64,000 bases of DNA, taken from NCBI GenBank assembly GCA_019894975.1, contig JAGXNO010000003.1:32001-96000 (forward strand), read 5' to 3'. The notes below the pieces were generated by a model. That model saw only the letters and a list, made by a program, of their open reading frames with translations, was not told where the DNA came from and ran no database searches. The DNA comes from Promethearchaeota archaeon. Its GTDB lineage: Archaea; Asgardarchaeota; Lokiarchaeia; Sigyniarchaeales; SOKP01. The position numbers were made by a program, and so were the translations under genes. Below, piece by piece: positions 57,160 to 64,000 of this stretch. Every line of letters begins with the position of its first letter. Position 1 is the stretch's first letter.

Positions 57160-60100
57160 TTAGGTTAATAGTGCTGAAATCATTGCATTAATTTGCTCAA
57201 AACCAAAATGTTTGATTACTATTGTGGAATTAGGACATTGAGCCCCACAAGTACCACAACCTTTACAGAGTGCAGGATTAATATGAGATTTCTTTGTAGC
57301 CATTGTAAAATCTTCAAACACTCGTTCTTTCTCTATTAGTTCAATCGCGTTGAATTGGCAGACATCTTGACAATTTCCACAACCAATACAATTTTCTTCT
57401 ATTACAGTCGCTACAAGCCCTGATGTTACAATTTTTTCAGCACTTAATATTTTTACTGCTTGAGCAGCAGCTCCATTGGATTGTGCTATTGACTCTCGAA
57501 GATCTTTAGGTGAATGAGCACATCCACATAGGTATATTCCATCGGTTGCGAAATCTATTGGTCTCAACTTAACGTGAGCTTCTAAAAAGAATTTATCCTC
57601 GTTTAACGGAACTTTTAACATTTTCGCTAATTCTTCGTTTTCTTTGATTGGTGCTTCTAATCCTGTACTTAAAACGATTAGATCTGGATTTATTATAAGT
57701 TCTCCTAAATCAGGATTATTTACTCTTAAATTTAATTGTTTGTTTTTTAAATTTAATTCTGGGGGATTGGTTTTATCAAATCTGATAAAAATAATGTTAT
57801 TATCTCGCGCTTGGTTATAATATTTTTCTTTAAAGCCATAGGTTCTAATATCGCGATATAAGACCACTATTTCTATATTAGGATTAATTTCTTTTGCTTT
57901 TAACGCATTTTTTATGGCTTCTGAACAACAGATTCTACTACAATATGAGTGTTCTTCATTTCTGGACCCAACACATTGAATCATAACTATAGATTTTAAT
58001 CCTTTTATCTTATCTGTAGTAAAAAGATCTTTTTCAAAGTTAGTTTGAGTTATAATTCTTTTATCTTGCCCAAATTTATATTCTTTTGGTTGATATTCTT
58101 TTGCTCCAGTAGCTACAATAATTATGCCATGATCAAGATCAATGCTTTTCTTAATACTCCCATGGCTAATGTTTGTGGAAAAATTTCCAATATATCCTGA
58201 GATTGAATTAATTCTGGCTTCTTTAAATACATGGATAAGTTGATTACTTTCTACATTTTTAATCAAATTCCTAAGATAATCTTGAATATCATCATTTTCA
58301 AGTGTTTTATAAAGATTATTTGCAATCCCCCCTAAAGAATCTTCTTTTTCAATTAAAAATATCTCAAAACCTTGAGAGGCAAGGTTTAATGCTGCAGTGA
58401 TTCCAGATACACCCCCACCTATAATTAATCCCTTATCTATCACAGCTATTTCTTGTTCTTGTAATGGTATTAATTGACTAGCCTTTGCTACTGACATCCT
58501 TAGTAAGTCTTTCGATTTTGCTGTTGCTTTTTCTGGTTCATGCATATGAACCCATGAGCATTGATCACGGATATTAACCATTTCAAAAAGATATTTATTC
58601 AAACCAACCTCTCTTATAGTTGCTTGAAATAAAGATTCATGAGTTCTTGGGGTACATGAGGCAACTATTACTCTATTAAGTTGGTTCTTTTCTATTTTTT
58701 CTTTAATATTAGTTTGAGTATCTGCTGAACATGTATACAAATTATGCTCTGCATAAACGACATCGGGCAGTGTCTTAACATATTCTACAACACTAGGAAC
58801 ATCAACTACACCCCCGATGTTTATCCCACAGTGACATATAAATACACCTATTCGGGGTGGAAGACTACTTACGTCTAATTCATTGGGAAGTTCTTTCTTT
58901 GAGATTAATTTATTTCTTGCTTCTGATAATAGAACATTGACACGTCCTGCAGCAGCACTAGCTTCAATAACAGTTTCTGGAATATCTTTAGGTGCTGCAA
59001 ATGCACCACATACATAAATTCCCGGTTTAGAGGTCTCTACGGGAGAAAAAGTTTCAGTTTTACAAAATCCATAATCATTTAATTCAAAATTTAATACTTG
59101 TGCTAATTCTTTTGCTTTTTGATTTGGTTGCATTCCAACAGAAAGAACAACTAAGTTAAAAATTTCTTCCACAATTTTTCCATTTTCATTTTCATAATAG
59201 ACTCTTAAATCTTTAGAGTTAGGGTTTTCTTTTATGTAAGAAATTCTACGTCTGATGTATCTTACTCCATATTCATCTCTCGCTCTCTCAATATACTTAT
59301 CAAAGTCTTTACCGTACGCTCTGATATCCATCGTAAAAATGGTTGGTTTTATAATTTCCATATGTTCTTTCGCGATTACAGCTTCTTTTGTAGTGTACAT
59401 ACAGCATACTGAAGAACAGTATTCAATACCTTTACTTCTATCCCTTGAACCAATACAATGTAAAAATGCTATTTTTTTAGGAATAGTTCCGTCAGAAGGT
59501 CGAATTATTAAACCGGAATGCGGTCCACTTGCACTAAGAATACGTTCAAATTCAATACTGGTAATCACATTAAGATATTTACCATAACCATATTGTGTCA
59601 GAGGAGTGGGATCATATTCATCAAATCCAGTTGCTACTACTACAGCACCCACATTAAGAGATATCTCTTTATCTTGAATTTCATAGTCTATAGCTTTTGC
59701 TTTACATATCCCTTTGCACATTCCACAGCCAATGCATTTTTCTTTATTTATTGAAAACACTAATGGAACCGCCTGTGGAAATTTTACAGATATTGCAGCT
59801 TTATTAGAAAGCTTTTCATTAAAAAAATCAATAGCTTCAATAGGGCATTCCTGAGCGCATAAACCACATCCAGTACATTTGCTTTGATCCAAACGAAGCG
59901 TCCCTTGAGTTAATTCAACATTAAAATTACCAGGTTCACCATCAATTTTTTCGATTGAAGTGTTAATTAAAATATCGATATTTTCATGTCGACCAGTTTC
60001 TACTAATTTCGGGGCCAGAATACATATTGCACAGTCATTAGTTGGAAATGTTTTATCCAATTGAGACATAACCCCCCCAATACTGGTAGTGGATTCTGCG

Positions 60101-60195
60101 AGGTAAACTTTATATCCAGAATCTGCTAGATCTATAGAGGTTTGAATACCTGCAATTCCACCACCAATAACTAAAACAGCTCCAACTTTTTCCAT
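57160..60195 (-). CDS. hdrA: Large HdrA-like flavoprotein with two FAD-binding modules
   Basis: PTNDCAIC, CHCGINIG, YCSSVCC, YCSRICC, ferredoxins. Confidence 0.9.
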   Translation of the reverse strand: MEKVGAVLVIGGGIAGIQTSIDLADSGYKVYLAESTTSIGGVMSQLDKTFPTNDCAICILAPKLVETGRHENIDILINTSIEKIDGEPGNFNVELTQGTLRLDQSKCTGCGLCAQECPIEAIDFFNEKLSNKAAISVKFPQAVPLVFSINKEKCIGCGMCKGICKAKAIDYEIQDKEISLNVGAVVVATGFDEYDPTPLTQYGYGKYLNVITSIEFERILSASGPHSGLIIRPSDGTIPKKIAFLHCIGSRDRSKGIEYCSSVCCMYTTKEAVIAKEHMEIIKPTIFTMDIRAYGKDFDKYIERARDEYGVRYIRRRISYIKENPNSKDLRVYYENENGKIVEEIFNLVVLSVGMQPNQKAKELAQVLNFELNDYGFCKTETFSPVETSKPGIYVCGAFAAPKDIPETVIEASAAAGRVNVLLSEARNKLISKKELPNELDVSSLPPRIGVFICHCGINIGGVVDVPSVVEYVKTLPDVVYAEHNLYTCSADTQTNIKEKIEKNQLNRVIVASCTPRTHESLFQATIREVGLNKYLFEMVNIRDQCSWVHMHEPEKATAKSKDLLRMSVAKASQLIPLQEQEIAVIDKGLIIGGGVSGITAALNLASQGFEIFLIEKEDSLGGIANNLYKTLENDDIQDYLRNLIKNVESNQLIHVFKEARINSISGYIGNFSTNISHGSIKKSIDLDHGIIIVATGAKEYQPKEYKFGQDKRIITQTNFEKDLFTTDKIKGLKSIVMIQCVGSRNEEHSYCSRICCSEAIKNALKAKEINPNIEIVVLYRDIRTYGFKEKYYNQARDNNIIFIRFDKTNPPELNLKNKQLNLRVNNPDLGELIINPDLIVLSTGLEAPIKENEELAKMLKVPLNEDKFFLEAHVKLRPIDFATDGIYLCGCAHSPKDLRESIAQSNGAAAQAVKILSAEKIVTSGLVATVIEENCIGCGNCQDVCQFNAIELIEKERVFEDFTMATKKSHINPALCKGCGTCGAQCPNSTIVIKHFGFEQINAMISALLT

Positions 60196-61472
60196 TATTT
60201 TTCTCCTTTAGGTTCATTTGAGTTTACTACTTCTATCATGTCTACTAAAAACTCAGAAAAATCTATAATATCAATTGAAGAAAAATCTTCATAATCTTTT
60301 TTTAGACATCTTAAATGCATTCGGCATTTTGGACAGGAAGTAATCATTTTTGTTCCTACTGCTTTAGCTTCCAAAAGACGCTTATATCGTAGAGCTTTAG
60401 ATTTTTCATTACAATTCATCCAGGAATTCACCCCACAACAATAAGAATTTTCTTTATTATGTTCCATTTCTTTGAAATCATATCCAATGGTTTTCAAATG
60501 CTTAAAAATTTCTCGGACATTCTCAATTACCTTATTCTCCTTTGGTAAAAACCGACTTAATCTACAAGGATCGTGATAAGTGAAAGGAATAACATCATTA
60601 GATTCATTAGGATTTTTAAATTGAACTTCTCCCTGCTTCCACTTATCAAAAATATATTCAATTATATGTTTAACTTCAAATTTATTATTAAATTCTTCAA
60701 AAATATTTGGGTAATCAATTTTAAAGGTTCTATAACATTCAGCACATGCGGTTATAATTGTTTTGATACCTGCGTCTTCAAAATTACTCAAATTTTTTTT
60801 TCCTAATTCGATAAATGCTTCGAACTTTGCCTGGCCCCAATATAGATCATGACCACAACATGTTTCATTTTTAAGAACGACTACGGGATCTCTTTCTAAT
60901 TGACAAATAATCTTTAAAGTGCTTTCCGCTATAGAAGTTGAACCTTCAAATTCATAATTAAATAAAGGTAAACATCCCACATAATATAAAATTTCTCCTT
61001 TATTTGAAACGTTACAACCTTTTGGAATCCAATCTAAAGGTCTTTCAATATTAATATTATCTTGAACCATTAGTTCTGACATTAGAGGATAAATACCTTT
61101 GTGAGCAATTGAACGATCAGGATTCTGAATATCATTTAATCGCATTTTATACCTGGCAATTCTAACAATATCAGCAAAATTAATGTCTTTAGGACAATGT
61201 TGTAGGCAACTATTACACATTAAACAATCCCATAATACCTGGCTATTAATTATCTCATCTTCAAAGCCTTCTAATATCATCTGAATAATTCTACTTGGCG
61301 TAAATTTTTGAACTTTACTAATTTGACATACACCTGAGCAACGAGCGCATTGGTAACACTTTTTTAGTAAATTAACTAAATCAGGTTCATAAATTTTTCC
61401 TATATATAAATTAGAATCAGTTTTTCCTATTTTTTCTTTTTTTAATTTTTCCAATTCTGTTATACGATTCAC
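60195..61472 (-). CDS. HdrD-like CCG Fe-S protein
   Basis: Paralogue of 50048..51328. Confidence 0.88.
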   Translation of the reverse strand: MNRITELEKLKKEKIGKTDSNLYIGKIYEPDLVNLLKKCYQCARCSGVCQISKVQKFTPSRIIQMILEGFEDEIINSQVLWDCLMCNSCLQHCPKDINFADIVRIARYKMRLNDIQNPDRSIAHKGIYPLMSELMVQDNINIERPLDWIPKGCNVSNKGEILYYVGCLPLFNYEFEGSTSIAESTLKIICQLERDPVVVLKNETCCGHDLYWGQAKFEAFIELGKKNLSNFEDAGIKTIITACAECYRTFKIDYPNIFEEFNNKFEVKHIIEYIFDKWKQGEVQFKNPNESNDVIPFTYHDPCRLSRFLPKENKVIENVREIFKHLKTIGYDFKEMEHNKENSYCCGVNSWMNCNEKSKALRYKRLLEAKAVGTKMITSCPKCRMHLRCLKKDYEDFSSIDIIDFSEFLVDMIEVVNSNEPKGEK

Positions 61473-61476
61473 TACC

Positions 61477-62589
61477 TTATTTTAGGTTTTTCATAAATTC
61501 ATGTTTTCTTTCCATTTTTGATTCAGAAAACTTTACGATTAGATTTTTTATACTTCTTCTTTTACTTTCGTCGAGTTTTAAACTTTTTATAATGTTTTTT
61601 TCCAACACCTTATTAAATATCTGTTTTCCTTTTTCAGTACGGGGCAATACAGTAGTAAATTTATCTGGGGAACCAAGTCCACCAAACGAAATATCTGAAT
61701 AAACATTAGTAAAATCAGTGCAGGAATGACAAGCAGGACGAATATAATTAACTAGTTTATTAAAAGGAATATGGATTATTTTTTCTTTTTCTTTTTCATC
61801 CTTTAGTTTTAGAATTAAATCTTCCTTAATATTTATCTTGATTATATCTTCGAATTTTATCTTAAATTCTTCTTCAAATTTCCCAATTTGAGATTTTTCA
61901 AATAAAAAATTATGATAACAGAATAAGCCAAAAGTAATCTCAACATGTTCTGAAGGGGTAACCCCAAGATTTTGCATACATCTAATCGTGTAGATTTGAC
62001 ATGGTGTTCCCACAATTGCTAGTTTTTTAAATTTATAATGATTCAGTTGAGGAATTGATTGTGTATAAGTATTAAACCTTTGAATTTCATCTAAATGAGG
62101 TGATATATTCAAATTTGTACCTGAAGCTTTGATTAAGTCGTCTTTAGTCTCTGCAAACATAGCTTCTCGGGAAAAAGGACCCTCAGCTTTAGAGACTATT
62201 GCCCCATCAATAATTTTATTTTCCAATAAAAAATTTAAAAGTGTATTAACCACGCCCCCATCTGTACCATATTTTAGAAATTCTTCATCTGTGGTTTGAC
62301 ATGAATAGATTTCTTCAGCAAATCCATAAGGCATTGAAGTGAAATCAGTGAATTGATAAGTTTTATTCAGATCATCATCTAAAATATGTGTTTGAGGGCA
62401 TAATATATAACATATACCACAATCGAGACATGCCTCCTTATTTATATATTCAGGGGGAGAATTAGGTTTTTTAAAGCCAATAACTTTTTCAAAAGCCGCT
62501 GAGCAGAATGATGTACATCCTCCACATTCTTGGCAGATCCCTTTTTCATGAACTTCCTTAATTAAATCTTGGAATGTTTTTACAGGCAT
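61477..62589 (-). CDS. FrhB/FdhB-family F420-binding subunit
   Basis: Start MPVKTFQDLIKEVHE aligns with MKIKNFKDLIKEVHE of 481..1638; TDGGVV, VGTPCQ, GLFC. Confidence 0.88.
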   Translation of the reverse strand: MPVKTFQDLIKEVHEKGICQECGGCTSFCSAAFEKVIGFKKPNSPPEYINKEACLDCGICYILCPQTHILDDDLNKTYQFTDFTSMPYGFAEEIYSCQTTDEEFLKYGTDGGVVNTLLNFLLENKIIDGAIVSKAEGPFSREAMFAETKDDLIKASGTNLNISPHLDEIQRFNTYTQSIPQLNHYKFKKLAIVGTPCQIYTIRCMQNLGVTPSEHVEITFGLFCYHNFLFEKSQIGKFEEEFKIKFEDIIKINIKEDLILKLKDEKEKEKIIHIPFNKLVNYIRPACHSCTDFTNVYSDISFGGLGSPDKFTTVLPRTEKGKQIFNKVLEKNIIKSLKLDESKRRSIKNLIVKFSESKMERKHEFMKNLK

Positions 62590-62605
62590 ATTTTTAATAT
62601 TTACA

Positions 62606-64000
62606 TTACTCTTTCTGTAAAATAATTGGTTTACAATTTTTTCTCTTAATACCAGCAATCCTTTCGAGTAAGGGTTGTCCTGGTTTGACATCTTTCAAAC
62701 TTTTTGATTCAATTAATCCTGCTTTAACTGCTTCTTTATAGATTTTTTCACCTTTTTTATTTCTTGTAATGACTGAAGACCACCCGCTGGGAGATCCAAT
62801 TGATCCAACAGAAATATCAGCATAATCAGCAGTTAGGTCTTCACAATAATGACAATTGTGACGAGCGTAGGATTTAACATCGTTCAAGGGAACGTTTAGA
62901 TCTTCACCTGAATCTAGATAAATAATGAATTTACCCCCACTTATGTCCATTTTTGTTACTTTTTGAAAATCTGTTTCAAATTGTTCTTTAATTAAGCTTA
63001 GGACGCCTTCATAAGGAAATGATTCCATACAAAAGAGCCCTATTCTATATTTTATATTTTTGAAAAAAGGTAACCCGCTTGGAAATAAGCTACCCTTTTC
63101 CAAGGCGTTCATCATACAAGGAACACCTACAACTGCGATGTTATCAAACTTTTTTGTACCATCTATAATACTTAAAGTTGAGGCATTAGCGTATTTAGTA
63201 CCACTTGTTTTATATAAATCCTTGACATCTTCTATTATTACTGGTTCTGGCTTCCATAGTTCTTCTGAATGTTTTACTGCTACAATTGCATCAACTAATT
63301 TATTCTCGAGTAAATACTCAAGTAGAGATGTAACGATACCCCCATCTTGTCGTACTTTTTTAATATCATCCTTGGTGGTGCTGGCTGAATATGCGTTAAC
63401 ATAGCCATTAATATTTTCTGAAAACTTCAAGGATTTCTCAATTTTGCTTATACTTTTACCCGCTTGCTCAATTGAAAATGATCTTGGGCAAACAGAATAA
63501 CATAAGCCACATTTCATGCATGTCGCATCGTCGATCTCCAAAGTGTCTGCTGTCACTGTAATGGCATTTACTGGACAAATTGATGAGCACCAACCACATT
63601 GACAACATACTTCAGAATCAAACACAATGGAAACAGGTTCAAAAAACCGTTCGATAAAACCATCAGGTAGATCTTTAACCTGGTATCGGTAGAAATATTC
63701 TTTTTCTTCGACTTCTTTTTCTTCTCCCTTTATTTTCTTAATAACAGTTTTAGTTTTTATTTCAATATGTTCTTCTATATATCCTTGTTCTTTCAGATAA
63801 ATTACATCGCGAATTACATTTTCAGGAGGAAAATCTTTTATAATTTTAGCAATTTCTTCTAAAAATAACGGTTCTTTACCTTTTAAAGATTCTAAAACTA
63901 ACTTACGCTCTGTTTCAGCATCGATCATAGCATCTAGGAATTCATAAAATTCTTCTTCAGAATATTTACCAGTTTCTAAAATTTCACCTTTAGCTTCGAA
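62606..64000 (-). CDS. FrhB-family F420-binding protein with upstream winged-helix-like segment; frame open past right edge
   Basis: QDGGIVT, GTKY, VGVPC, GLFCME, ADISVGSIGS; 24 more open codons upstream of ATG 63928 (FEAKGEILETGKYSEEEFYEFLDA). Confidence 0.85.
   Translation of the reverse strand, partial: FEAKGEILETGKYSEEEFYEFLDAMIDAETERKLVLESLKGKEPLFLEEIAKIIKDFPPENVIRDVIYLKEQGYIEEHIEIKTKTVIKKIKGEEKEVEEKEYFYRYQVKDLPDGFIERFFEPVSIVFDSEVCCQCGWCSSICPVNAITVTADTLEIDDATCMKCGLCYSVCPRSFSIEQAGKSISKIEKSLKFSENINGYVNAYSASTTKDDIKKVRQDGGIVTSLLEYLLENKLVDAIVAVKHSEELWKPEPVIIEDVKDLYKTSGTKYANASTLSIIDGTKKFDNIAVVGVPCMMNALEKGSLFPSGLPFFKNIKYRIGLFCMESFPYEGVLSLIKEQFETDFQKVTKMDISGGKFIIYLDSGEDLNVPLNDVKSYARHNCHYCEDLTADYADISVGSIGSPSGWSSVITRNKKGEKIYKEAVKAGLIESKSLKDVKPGQPLLERIAGIKRKNCKPIILQKE

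Noticed and set aside
62590-62691. N-terminal extension of the FrhB ORF
   Set aside because: Overlaps the upstream gene; paralogue alignment places the start at 62589
3383-63404. Many short antisense or out-of-frame ORFs in the track (e.g. 3383, 6067, 12216, 17359, 26267, 30920, 52394, 59255, 63060)
   Set aside because: Lie inside well-supported genes and show no motifs
1-64000. CRISPR arrays, rRNA, tRNA (including tRNA-Sec), transposases or integrases
   Set aside because: No repeat-spacer periodicity, GC-rich structural RNA or recombinase motifs recognised by eye

Overview
Very AT-rich archaeal DNA. Gene content (Arf/Ras-like small GTPase, longin/uDENN-like proteins, many HdrA/MvhD/FrhB paralogues, UGA-recoded HdrA followed by a eukaryote-like SECIS candidate) points to an Asgard archaeon, probably Lokiarchaeia (inference). 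Both ends hold flavin/Fe-S electron-transfer loci. Left: a hidden ~678-aa HdrA split in the ORF track by two in-frame TGA codons at conserved Cys positions (putative double selenoprotein), and a winged-helix regulator fused to an HdrA N-terminal Fe-S domain. Right: three large Cys-type HdrA paralogues with HdrD, MvhD and FrhB-like partners. The middle has stress and amino-acid/lipid catabolism genes, plus a candidate novel RiPP-like system: a radical SAM/SPASM enzyme, three paralogous single-TM peptides sharing a leader and a Y-x(2-3)-G-x-x-YST core, and a methyltransferase-TPR protein. Two small integrase-free islands are each flanked by a ~200-bp diverged copy of the 3' end of a host gene. 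No rRNA, tRNA, CRISPR array or transposase was recognised. All annotations are by-eye motif recognition; no searches were run.
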